In this document: positions 37,601-49,318 of the stretch, piece after piece | Numbering within the stretch: the stretch's first letter is position 1 | How the letters are laid out: the number at the start of each line of letters is the position of its first letter | Assembly (NCBI RefSeq): GCF_024521635.1 | Contig: NW_026250433.1 | Coordinates: 124,001-188,000, forward strand | DNA from: Tricharina praecox | Taxonomy: Eukaryota | Reading direction: 5' to 3' | Length of the DNA stretch: 64,000 nt | Position numbers and translations under genes: made by a program | The notes under the pieces: generated by a model | Databases searched by the model: none | Seen by the model: the letters and a program-made list of their open reading frames with translations, nothing else | Told to the model about the DNA's origin: nothing

Positions 37601-39452
37601 GTACGCCTTCGCGCATCGAGAGCACTTAGCCACCCTCCACGAATCGTGCTGAACCTTGCACGCGTGGCAGTTGAGAGTCACCCCAGCCCGTTTCTTCTCG
37701 AGCGCAAGGTCCCCGTCGGTACCCTCCTAGAATCCAGTTAGTCAATAGTACAAGAAGATGCGGGCGATACATATCATACCTCGTCTTCGAGACCATTTTG
37801 CGCTGGATCGGCATATGGCCGAACCTCCAGCTGCTCCTGGCACACCCAGGCCAGAGTCTTCCTTCCCAAGTGCTTTAACGCTCGGTGCAGTGCGAGCGGG
37901 CGAAGGCCGTGAGGATTCGCCGCATTCTGAATTTCGACGACAATTCGACGGAATTCTTCGTGCTCGGCCACCAGCCCCGACCACCTAAACTGCTCCACCC
38001 AGTTCAAGCCAGACACACAGTAGCAGCTGCGCCCCCGTGCGTAGCAGTCTAGACAGACGTCGTAACAATCTGTCTCCTGCTCGTCCACGATGGCACAACT
38101 CCTACACGTGAGGAAACGGTTCCAGATGTCGGAACGACAGAATGAGCAAGTCACGCTGGCGTCCTCCATCTCGAGCAGTTCCACGGTCGGAGGATTGGTG
38201 GCCGCGAAGCACTCAGATAGCATCATCTGATCAAACAGTCGGAAGAGCCGGACGAAGTCACTCTCCATCCGCGACTGGCTTATGGCAATGTCTGATGACC
38301 CACCATTGAGAACACGAGCGTACTCGCGCAAAGTCTCGTGAACAATGGCCTTGCACTTGTACTGCTCGTCTCGGCAGACCATGCGAGACTTGGCCAGCGA
38401 CTCGGAAAGCGCATACTCGAGGGTCTCCACCGTCACTCGGTTCCATGCGGCCTTCAGAGTGCACACTCCACGGTTCCAAACTTGGTGTGGTGCCATTGAG
38501 GGGACCAGAATATAGTCACCCTCGACTTGCTCGTGTATGTACACGGGGAAAGGAGCATCCATCCAGTCCGCCAAGCTGGTAAAGTGCTTTTCCGTTTCGA
38601 TATCGTGTCCTAACTCTAGCCAGAAGTCGGCAACCTTCTTGCGGTCCTCGGTCTTTGTCATCCACCAGATTGATGATCCGGGATTCTCGCCTGTCGAACT
38701 ATAAACCATGAGGTTGTGTCCGACTGTGCCACACATCTCTTTGTGGGCTGGGGTGTAGGTTCCTTCGTGGCCGAAATAACACAACATGTTCTGTGCACGC
38801 TTGGCTGGAGGCAACATCACCATGAGGTCTGCGGACTTTTCGAGATAGAACGTGAATCGCGGTAACAACTCCTTGAGTTTATCTTTCCATATTGGAGGAC
38901 AATCGATATCTTTCGCGTACAGACGTTGAGGAACCTGGGCGCCGTCCGCATCGATAACCGTATTCGTGAGTTTCGACATGTTCTTGAGGTAGTGGCCCAT
39001 CGACATCTGGGTTTCGACTCCGTTGACGAGATTGCGAGAAACGATGACTGCGAAGCACGAGACAATCAGCGAAACGGAACACACGAAAACCGTTGCGATG
39101 TAGCAAGCCTGAACTTACGTTGTCGACTGTGATTGGCAATCAACCATTCTGGACTGAAGATGTGGTGGGGGTATGTGTCATGCAAGTGGTAGTTCCGTAG
39201 AACGAGCGGCTTTCCTTCGACCTTCACCCAGGCTTCCGCGTACTCCTTCAGCTTGCGAGTACCTTCCGGCCCAGAAAAGTCTCGTATATCGAGGATGTGG
39301 ACTGGATGGAAGTTGTCCACCTGTTCGATCGTAGCGTCGACATCGAGATCGTGCGGGATAAACTCCATCTCGGCCACCTTCTTCCTCGTGCTCTTGTACT
39401 GGCGCTTGTCTGGCGACATCTCGACACCACCGCTTGAAGTAGAAGGAGGCAT
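34634..39452 (-). CDS. JmjC + zf-4CXXC_R1 + AT-hook chromatin protein, Neurospora DMM-1-like; exons 39452-39119, 39047-37780, 37726-37553, 37498-34634 (1546 aa)
   Basis: JmjC segment LYAKDIDCP..GHEGTYTPAHKEMCGTVGHNLMV..GDYILVPSMAPHQVWN; Cys clusters CSFC..CRSC..CLDCYARGRSC and CHAC..CSRC..YCYGNLW..CPVCLGICNCGAC; AT-hooks RGRPRK and RGRGRPKK. Exon lengths sum in frame. Confidence 0.85.
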
Positions 39453-40870
39453 CGCAATCGCAAGTTATCTTTGTGACGCTCAAACTTCCTGCTGTTTCAC
39501 TCTTCCTTCAAGATCGCTTATCGCATTAGTCATTGGATATTGATTAGTGGTTAGTATATAGCATACCTGATGGTTGTGGTTGATTCGCTTGTCTTGATCG
39601 GTTGTCGTATCGTGGGGAGTGGAAGGTAAAGCGGGAGGACGCGAGCTGAGATAGTGGGTCGCGTCGTGGGGCCCGCCAAGCCCTAGTAGCGTGGGGCACG
39701 GACCATCTCGAGCTTCTAAACCCAGACCACCCTAGCTAGCGCGATATCTTTGCCGGACCTGCAACAGGCCAGCGCGACTTGCTCACGGTCACTAGGGTAA
39801 CTAGCGAGAGCAATCAGTCAGCCAGACAGCCAGGTCCACCGAGAACGCAGCCCGCGACGACGACGACGCACAAGAACAGAAAAGATAGACAGCAGACGCA
39901 CGTGTCCTACATACAGAAGCATCATCGCAATCATGGTATTCCTATTCCCGACGGGACCTCGCCCGGTGTTCTATCGCTAACAGCACACACATACAGACCG
40001 CCCTCTTCAACTTCAACGCGCTCCTCCTCGTCATCCTCCTCCTCATCTGTACATGCACCTACATCCGCCAGGTAGTGCCAGGCATGGTCGACAGTCGGAA
40101 AGACAAGAACATGTGCGTCCTCCTCCCGCCTCTGCTACCGTCTCTTCCCCCCCGCTGACCACGCCGTAGCTTCTTCGGAGTGTTCTGGAAGTTCGCAAGG
40201 ATAGGAGAGCGCCTATCGCCCTACGTCAGTCTGTGCTGCTTCGTGATGGCGGTATGCAACTCTCCTCCTCCTACCTCCCCCGATCGTTATCAAGCTCACT
40301 CAAGACAGGTTGTTACGTTCTTGGGATAATTACGACGACTACGACGGGGAACGGGCAGAGTCGGCGGTGAAGCAGAGTCGGCGGCTATGACCGGCGTAAT
40401 TTACGATCGAGTCGTCGGATAATACACCCGATTTTTATCACTCTACACTACGTTATGCGCATATGTATCGCGAGGGGATGCTTGGATTGAAGTAGAGGGT
40501 GAATTCGAGCTGTACTCTACGTAGGCCTTCCGCCGTCATCTCGGATGGAAATCTACACGAACGGTCATGGTCATGGCGACCGCTTGGCAACGTGTCCATT
40601 CTTCACATGACACAGGTACCTCCATGACGACATGCATAAACGAGGTCCGAGACGATAAGTGCTCATGCTATGTACCGTATCTGGATCCGGATCTCCCACT
40701 TCCATCTATGTATGAATACCAGAATTGGCCACAAATAGACAAATATAAATCCTATTATTACAACACAAAAGCGCAAAAGCTCAAGAGCAACCACCAGATA
40801 TACGTGCCGACTCCACCGCCATCCCAGCCATCTACAGCGCAAAAAACACAAACACAAATTCTACAGTAAA

Positions 40871-43678
40871 TCAAGCCCACGCATCATCGCCCCAATCCGC
40901 CTCACCATCGTCCCACGTTTCCGTCTTCTTCGGCGGTGGGGGCGGTACTTTTTTAGGCGGCATAGTCTTCTTCGCGACCGGCGCCGGCGTTTTTCTCACC
41001 ACCGTAGTCGGAGTAGTTTTCTTAGTCAATCCCTTCGGCAGGGTCTTCCCACCCTTCTTCGCGCCAATAAGCGCCTCGAAATCGACCTCCTCCTCATGCT
41101 TGAGCGAAAACGGCTTTGGACCGAAGGAGCTGATGCGGCCGGTGGATGCGGCTGCAGAAGGAGCGGGCGGGGACGCAATTCGGTTTTCCTTATTGCTGGC
41201 GGCACCGCCGAGTTTCCGGCCCGTCTTCTTTTCCAGCGCGTCGAAGAAGGTCTCGCCGTTGTCGTAGTCGTTGGTGGTATCTTTGTCTTCGTCGAGCGCA
41301 CCCCATCCATCGAGATCATCATCTTCATCGTCCAGGAAGCCGCCCGGTTGCGGGACAGACGACGTGCTGACGGTGGCTTTTGTTTGTGGCCTGGAAGTGG
41401 AAGAAGCAGAAGTTGTGGTTGCATTCGGTAGCGGTGCGGAGGCGGGGCGTTCTTCCGCCGCTATGGCTGCGGCCGTAACTGTAACTCGGGATTGCATCTG
41501 TCCGGCAGCGGCCGCAAAAGTTCCGACAGCCCAACTCGTCCATCCACCTGGCATCACCACGCTCTCGCCATCGCCTGTTGCAACCGCCTTTGCCGGAGTC
41601 CCGGGGGTGGATGCAATCGCAGTAGCAGAGGCGGGGATAACCGTATCGGGGTAATTCTTCGTCAAGGTCGCTATGCGTGCCAGATACAATGCCACGGTCT
41701 TGACCGCCTGGTCACGGATCAACTTCTCCTTATCTACAAGGCTCGGCGCAATTGCGGGGATGACTTTGCTGGCACAGTCGGTCTCGTCGAAGACATCGGA
41801 CGTGGCTCCAAGCGCCAAGAGTGCGGCGTTGCGGGCGTGGACAAATGGATCACGGAGCGAACGAGTGAATGCAGCGACCAGGACTTTTTGTCGAGTCTGA
41901 ACGCCATCTCCGTCAGCACGACATTTCTAAGAACTAAAGGAAGAGAGTAGATACGGACATTTGGCCCCAGGTGCCTAGCGATCTTTCCGAGACATATAGT
42001 AGTATTGGTTCTGATTCCAGGCTGCTCGTCGTTCTGCGTCTTTGCCAAATGCTTCAACAGTTCACCGTTGATATGGCGATCCGACAGCTTTCCGATGATG
42101 GTGAGAACGGCTTTCACGGTTTGTTCTCGTACTATTGGCGCCGAGTCCGAAAAGCCCGTCAACTGTTCGTCCCGTCAACCTCCATACATCACTCGTCCTT
42201 GACGACGAAAAAGAGCAACCCACCATATCTGGAAAAATCTTATCATTCACCACCTTGTTCGACAAGTGATCAATCATGCGGCTGAGATTATCCAGCAAGA
42301 AGACTCTCGTAGCTCTATCGGGCAGGGAAAACAGTCTCACGACGACGGGGGTAATCGAAGCCTCCCACTCCTCCGTGCTCAACTTCTCGCCGATCTGCAG
42401 CACCGCACCAAACACCTTTGGTCCACCACCACCAAACTCGACACTTTTCAGCAACTCGGGAAGCACTTTCATTTTGAAAAAGTCCTCGGGGAACTGATCT
42501 CCGGTCCTCTCGAGCTCTTCCAGGAATGTCTCGCGCTCGTCCTGATCCTTGACGCCCATGTTCTCGACGAACTCGGAAATGTGTATGAGCGGGATATCAA
42601 AGAACGAGCCCGACCGTGTGCCCTGCTCGAGGAAGTGCGACACAGACAATCGCGACTTTGGATTCGCCGTGATGAGCCGCTTGTACGCCGCCGACATCGC
42701 GGGCGGTATCTTTTTCGGCTGACTGAGCTGGTCCACACTCGTGAGCGAGCCATTGAACGCCTCGTATGTAAGCTCGGCGAATCCCCAGGAGTCTGTTACG
42801 TGCACCGGAAAGCTATCCACCTATATCAGCACAATCTCCCAAGCTCTCTCCGGTAGACATACTTCTTCAACCCTTCCCACCCGCCCTTCCCAATCTCCGG
42901 CGCCGCAAACCTTCCCGCGTCCGGCAGCAAGCTACCATACCTCTACTCCCCCATCAGCACGCCGCCCACCACCGCCTAGCCCGCCCCAGAGCAAAAAAAA
43001 CCCACGTAGATAAACGGCTCATCATCGGCGACAGCCGACAGCACCTCGAAGCCACCGAGCTTCCACTCGCCGCTCTCGCTCGTGAAAACCGAAGCCAGGC
43101 GCACATTGCCATGTATGATCTTCGCCTCGTCGTTAAGGAACTTCAGCGTAATCTACCACCGCACCGCATTTCACCGCACCTCATCAGCCGACCTTTCCCC
43201 AGCAGCGGGAATGCAGAGAATGTAGAGCAACTCACAGCAACCCCCCATAGCCCCCACTTAACCGTCTCCGCCTGCAACGCACCGCGCTTCACGTCCCACG
43301 CCAGCGGCGAAACCCGCTCCGTCGCGATGTAGATGTACGCATCTGTCTGCGCTCATCTCGTCAGCTCTATCCCGCCCAATCCTGTCCCGCACAACGCACC
43401 TCAACACTATCCAGCACCCTCAGCACACCGGGGTGCCTAAGCGTCCTCAATCTTCTGAGCGCGTTCTTAGCCAATGGCAGGCGAGTCCTGGTAGCGTCCG
43501 TGACCTCGAACGTAAATATACTGCAGGCGGACCCATCCTCGCGCTTCGTGCCGTTGAACAGCTGGAATACCCCGCCGACGGGCGTGTCCCCCGGCAAGGT
43601 GACGCGGTCGTGGAACGTGTATGGAAACGGTGGACCCTTGGAGAGTGCCGAGGAGAGCGTCGACTTAAGGAAGTCCAT
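40871..43678 (-). CDS. CEX1: SCY1-family (SCYL1/Cex1-like) pseudokinase with HEAT repeats; multi-exon
   Basis: MDFLKS..PFPYTF; LAKNALRRLRTLRHPGVL; pseudokinase motifs HGNV..SGEWKLGGFE; HEAT-region DEQPGIRTNTTICLGKIA and DPFVHAR; acidic D/W C-terminus; canonical introns at 43399-43347, 43235-43153 and others. Confidence 0.88.
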
Positions 43679-43902
43679 CGTGAGGGGGTGAGGGCGGGGT
43701 GGGGTGGGGGGCGGTGGTGGGCCGGGGTGCGGCTCGTGAACTGAACTGGACGGGCGGACGTGGGGAGCTGTGGGTGGAACTATGGGTTGAACTAGGTACC
43801 GGTATGGTTGATAGCTTGCGAGGGTCCTTTAGGCGATATATGCATGTACCACCTGCTCAGTGCCCACTGCTCACACTACCGTACGCTGTCTAGATATGGA
43901 GC

Positions 43903-44403
43903 TTTTTTTTTGTTCATTCATTGATTGCATGCCACCAGTATCTAGATCATGGCAATATGTATCATCTACCCGTGCACCCTCCCCGTTTCCCCGCCACTGT
44001 CCAACTCAACTTTCGTCGAGCGGCCCAATGTGGCTGGCTTTCCCTACCCCCGCCGTGGCCTGTCCCGACGATATACCTATGAGCGCACCAAAGAAATAAA
44101 GCTAGGAAAGAACATACTTGTTGGTTCTTGGCGGGGGGATTTGGTTTACTCTACAGATCTCCCTGCTCGGAGTATGTACCATGTGCTCGATTCCGTTGTT
44201 TTGCAGGATTGGGGGCTGCGGCGATGTCATTCACCTCCTCACTGGATCCATGTGCAAGGAGGTCGCCGCCGCCGTGAATGAGCCGGCTGTTGTGGCAATT
44301 CGGGTTCATACATGGACTCGTGTAATGTGCATTGGTATTCACTCAATATCACTCGTCGTTCGGTGTTCGCGGCCAATTTCCGGAGTTTTATGAAAGGCAG
44401 CAC
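43903..44403 (-). mobile_element. Non-autonomous retroposed chimera: LINE 3' tail with poly(A) (43903-44112) joined to an inverted copy of module X (44115-44403)
   Basis: 43910-44112 aligns by eye with 58370-58549 on the same strand and starts with a T-run. 44115-44403 is the reverse complement of 59829-60113. Confidence 0.8.
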
Positions 44404-44742
44404 AATATGATTCGCACATATCTATCTTTCAGAGAACTTCGTTCCTTACCACTTTTTACTGCCGCCGTGACAACACAAGACCATCCGTGTACAGAGCAAT
44501 CGTCTCCCCTCATCAATCGTCTTTTATTAACCACCGATAAAGCAAGAAAGAAGGCTTTGACCATGCATGCACGCGATCGAGCAACCACGACACCAGCACA
44601 CCATCCAACCATCCCTCCCTCCCTCCATCCATCCATCCATCTACCCTATATCCATCATCATCCACAGGAAAACGAAATACAGACAAAAAACTCGCCGAAT
44701 TGTGGAATTAAGAACGCCCCGTGAAAAAAGGAATCCACGCGA

Positions 44743-45565
44743 TTACGTAAGTTTCTGCTTGATGAAGAAAGCGCGGAGATGGCTCAGCTGCCAGGCGCAG
44801 GTAGCGCCCAGCACCAGGAGCTGCACGAGTGTCCACCGCACCACGCGGGAGTTGGTGAGCTCGGACTGGTCTCGGAATTCGGCCTCGCGTTCCTGTCGAG
44901 TCTCGTCAGCTTCATCCCGACTTACTTGAATCTGCCATCGGAAGCGAAAAGAAAAGGAAGGAAGCACATACCCTCTGAAACACCTGTTCCCTCCTGATAT
45001 CCTGTAGACGTCCGCTCAGATCCTTGACGCGCTGCTCGATATCCGCAAGCTTCTCCTTGTCGCGGCTCTCGAGCTGGGTAGTCTCTCCGATAGCCAGGTC
45101 GAGGTGTAGACGGACACCGTTGGGATGGCTCGAGAACCAGCCAGAGTTGCTCTGGTGGCTAGCCCAGAAGCAGATGCGGTGTTCGCCCGCGGAGGAGGCC
45201 GTGAACGTGAAGCGGCCCTTGTTCGAGCCCTTCTGGTTCACCACCCGGTGGTCGTTGTCGAACGTCTCGTCCACCGTGATCAGCAGCGCTAGCTGGTTGT
45301 TGTCGCTGTACGTGTTGGTCTGTTGGCTCCATTCTTCGGCTTTGTACTGGCCTATTGCGGGACGCGGGTGTCAGCGGTTGATGCATTGATTGATTCATTC
45401 CCCCACGCCGTGCCGTGCCGGCAACATACCAACGACGAGCGTGTCCTTCGGCAGGTCCTCAAAGAAACATTTCGGCGAGGTTCCGTCGATGTAAAAGTAC
45501 AGTGCGCTGGCCTGTTTGACGACGAGCGAGGCCGCCAGAACGAGCGTCGATAACCGGAGCTGCAT
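44743..45565 (-). CDS. p24/EMP24/GOLD cargo receptor, alpha subfamily (Erp1-like); exons 45565-45430, 45351-44972, 44892-44743
   Basis: Signal peptide then [61 protein letters not shown] segment; cytosolic tail FFIKQKLT. Confidence 0.93.
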
Positions 45566-46176
45566 TGGGTCGAAGGGAAAGTGGAGGTTCGTTCGTTCGT
45601 AAGTCGTGACGCGGAGTTGGGTATACGATGTAGTGTCTTGATGGGTGTTGTGCGGATTTGTCCTCGTTGCGAGCTAGAGTTTAAGGGGCCGTGAGAGTCG
45701 AGCTGTCCTTAATTTTTGGCGGCTGCTTGTGATGCTGGTCCGTGCATGACGTTACCCGGCTCAAAAGGAACTCTTAGAAGACCTTCCGCTTTCCAAACAG
45801 AAGGTGGAACTGTGGAATTACGGTAGTATTTACGTTCAAATGGCCTATTTCCAAGTATCCGAATCGCAGCTAGGTATTCGAGTTCTCAGCTGGGACGGTT
45901 TGCAATCCATCGTGGTGTCGCTTCATATTCCGGAGATGGTTTCTGTTACCAAGAGCTCCATACAGTTTCCAGCATAAATCAACGAAACGGGCAGACAAGC
46001 AATCGGTATGCAGATGTCGAAAAGTTATTCGGTTCATGACTCCCAGTAGCCGTAGCAGTAAACTCAATTCCGCAGTAGAAAGCACCAACAAGAAAGCAAG
46101 CAACAAACGCTCCAGCGCCTCCTCCCTGGTATCATCCCGCTCCGTTCCCTCCCTCGCCTCAATTCACGCGCCCCCT

Positions 46177-46850
46177 TTAAACCGCGACCCAGATAACGCT
46201 GATGACAACATCCATCGCCTTGCTGTCGAACTTGAAGCTCCACATGCCGTCGGTCTCGTTGTTCCAATACGCGCCCTGGGCAGAGTGCATACCGCGACGA
46301 CCCTGGCCTCCAGCGGCCGCGGACCTTCCGTTGATCAGCTCGGCGCCCTCGCCGGTAGTAGCAGCCGCCGTGGCCTTCGGCGACAGGTGCTGGATTATCA
46401 TCGAGTTGACGGCGAACTTCCAGGGGGATGGCGGGGGTGAGGTCGAGCTTGAGCTGGAGGTCGCGGCGGGTTGGGACTCGGAGATGAGCGCGCGGAGGAT
46501 GTGGTTCTGTGCGGAGTGCGTGTTAGCTACGGTAGTGGTGGTGGTGGTGGTGCCGAGCGGTAGGGGAGGAAGGGGAAGTACAATAATCTGCGTGTTCCAT
46601 GCCTCGGTGCGCGTGTGTTCGTAGGCCTCAGCCTTCTCGAGGGCGAGAGTGCATGCCTGCGTTGGATGTTAGGAGGAGGATTGAAGCCGAGGAGTAGGTG
46701 GGGATCGTCTCACGTCGGTCGCGATCTGCTTGAGACGGTTGGGAGGAATGGGCTGGAGTCATTCTGTCAGCTCCTGAAACGCTGTGAGGGATGAACAAAT
46801 GGACCCACGGAGTTGGCTGCAGCTGCTGCGAAAGCTTTCGTGTCGGACAT
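46177..46850 (-). CDS. Tctex-1-type dynein light chain; 4 exons (46850-46809, 46752-46714, 46656-46582, ~46506-46177)
   Basis: SPIPPNRLKQIATDACTLALEKAEAYEHTRTEAWNTQIINHILRALI..KFAVNSMIIQ..RRGMHSAQGAYWNNETDGMWSFKF..DVVISVIWVAV. Confidence 0.9.
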
Positions 46851-47415
46851 GTTGGTCAAATTGTGAGTGTGGGGGTTGCGTGTTTGGTAGTAGTGCGTGG
46901 AGCGTATGTTTCGTTGTTGTGGTGTTGATGCTGCGATGCGGGGAGCTCTTTCTGCTGCTTGAGATGAGCCTCCGTTCTCCTTACAGCGCCTACACTAGAG
47001 AACACTCTATTAGTGACACCAGCTTCGCTCTGCCACAGCACTTGCGAGAACTTCCCCCATGACTTCATTTTAGCCACTTTGAGACTCTTTTTCCGCCAAA
47101 ATGCACCTCCCCGAGTACGGCATGTAGGTAGGGAATTGGGGGTTTGTTAGCGGCATTGCTCTTCTGACCCGAACAAGCAGCCAAAACTCGCGCCCAACCT
47201 CCTCCAGAAATTCGCTTGGTAGTTGTTATCGTGACGATAGATACACAACACAACACTCACTAAATACGCACCCATAATTTACTCACCACTCCAACCAACA
47301 CTCTGTCGACTTGCACTTCTACCTGTTACTCCTCTCGTCCAGTCCCTCACCACCGTAAGCCCTCGTACGCATACATTCCTCACTTCCTCAACTGACCTCC
47401 ATCCAGTCCCGCAAA

Positions 47416-47784
47416 ATGTCCTCGCAACCACTCCTCCAGACGGCGCCCGGCAAGCGAATCGCGCTGCCCACGCGTGTCGAGCCCAAAGTCTTCTTCGCAA
47501 ACGAGCGGACGTTCCTCTCATGGCTGAACTTCACTGTGATCCTCGGCGGGCTGGCGGTGGGCCTCCTCAACTTCGGCGACAAGGTGGGCCGCATCTCTGC
47601 CGGTCTCTTCACGCTGGTCGCTATGGGCACGATGCTCTATGCCCTCGCCACTTTCCACTGGCGCGCGAAGGCAATCCGCAAACGTGGCCAGGGGAACTTC
47701 GATGATCGCTTTGGACCTACCGTCCTGGCGGTCACACTTCTCGGCGCGGTTGTCGTCAATTTCGTGCTGAGGGTTATGGCGTAG
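47416..47784 (+). CDS. VTC1: Vacuolar transporter chaperone subunit 1 (polyphosphate synthesis complex), 122 aa
   Basis: [47 protein letters not shown]; three hydrophobic helices. Confidence 0.97.
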   Translation: MSSQPLLQTAPGKRIALPTRVEPKVFFANERTFLSWLNFTVILGGLAVGLLNFGDKVGRISAGLFTLVAMGTMLYALATFHWRAKAIRKRGQGNFDDRFGPTVLAVTLLGAVVVNFVLRVMA

Positions 47785-48885
47785 TGTCGCCTGTTTGTGT
47801 GCTTGTGGCTTGGTTTGCCTGATGGACTGGCTGGGCCCTGTTGATGATGATGGGATGCGATCGGGACGGGATGGGATGGAACTCGGAGTCCAAATTGTAT
47901 TGAATTGGTGCATTTTATGTTGTCTCTTTTGACTTTTCTCTTTTCTCTTTTCTTTCCCTGCCCTGCCCTGCCCTGCCCTGCCTTTTCCTTTCCTTTTCCT
48001 TGCTTGCCTTGCTGCATTGGCTGCGATTGCATGATCTGATCTGAATGATATGAAGTATGTTTTTACTTTCCTCTGCTCTGCGAGCAAACTATCGTACCGT
48101 ATACCGTATATTGTTCCTCCAAAAGTCTCGGTTGCACTCGTGATTGGATACAGGTATATACTCTACCTACGTTCCTTCGTTTACTACTAGGTAGATAGAG
48201 TACTCCCGCCGATGACTGTGATCCCTCACAGCAAGCAGGGAGGATCTACGGTTGTGATGGCAGATCGTGTGGGCATCCAGACCCATCCCCGCGACTTCAC
48301 ATACAGACATACAGACATACATACGGCACAATACCCAGCCGAGCGAGGTGATCAGGATGCAGGTATCCGTGGTATATTAACCAGCGCACAGCACAGTGCA
48401 CACGGCTTTTCTCGCGGGATATTCACTTCACCTCACTCCACAGCACAGCACAGCACAGGATAGTTACGAGCGAATTGGTTTGGTAAGTAGTAGCAAACAG
48501 GACGTATGAGAGAAACCAGATCTATTCATCTCTCCGATTGAGAAACAGAAACGAACCATCCTCAATCTCTCAACCCTTCAATCAAACCTTTGCCAACGCG
48601 GAAGACGCTATGTCGATGATGCCCACCTTGCAGTAAGTGGAGCAAACCATCACGTCTTCCCATTTCCGCCGGACAAAAAGGAAAGAAACTTGGTAAAACA
48701 GAAAGAAGGAAAGGAAGGAAAGCATGACTGTGACCGAACAGAACCGTGCCGCACCGTGAGACCCCAAGGAAAAAGGACAAAGGAAAACAAGGAAAAGGAA
48801 AAGGAAAAAGGAAATGAAAAAGGAAATCAAATGATCAGAAGCCCCGAATATACGCCGAAGAAAGTGTGGTTCCATAGCCGCAAGA

Positions 48886-49318
48886 CTAGGCCTTGGCGGA
48901 GGAAGCCGAGGTGGTGGAGGTGGTGGAGGTGTTTGTCTCGACGGTCTCGAGCTCCTCCTCGAAGACGGGCTCGGGGTCGTTCTGGTCGAACTTGGTTGGC
49001 ATCATGGCTTCGGCATGGCTGATCGAGTTGCTGCGACGACGCGGCTTGTACGAGATGTATTCCTCCAGATCCTCGACCTCGCCGCCGTCGTGGCCCCTAG
49101 AAAGACGGTGTTAGACGATTGAGGGAGGAAGGTGGTGGAGAGAGAGGGAGGGGGAGATGTGCTGCTTACCAGTTGCCCTTGCCGCCTCCATTCTTCTTGA
49201 CCTTGTTGGGAGCTTGGTCGGTGAAACCGTGCTTTCCGAAGAACTTGGGGATGGCCTTGTCGGGGGCCGGTTCATCGGTGTTTTTAGGGATATCGTTGTG
49301 CTTGTGGGAGCGAGTCAT
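48886..49318 (-). CDS. STF2/TMA10-like small hydrophilin; exons 49318-49170, 49096-48886
   Basis: MTRSHKHND..PKFFGKHGFTDQAPNKVKKNGGGKGNWG..GEVED..RRRSNS; GTAAGC..CTAAC..TAG intron. Missed by the ORF track. Confidence 0.85.

Noticed and set aside
43168..43190. Minus-strand CTGATGA-N8-GAAA hammerhead-like core in a CEX1 intron
   Set aside because: Stems II and III cannot form; GCTGAT is explained as the branch point.
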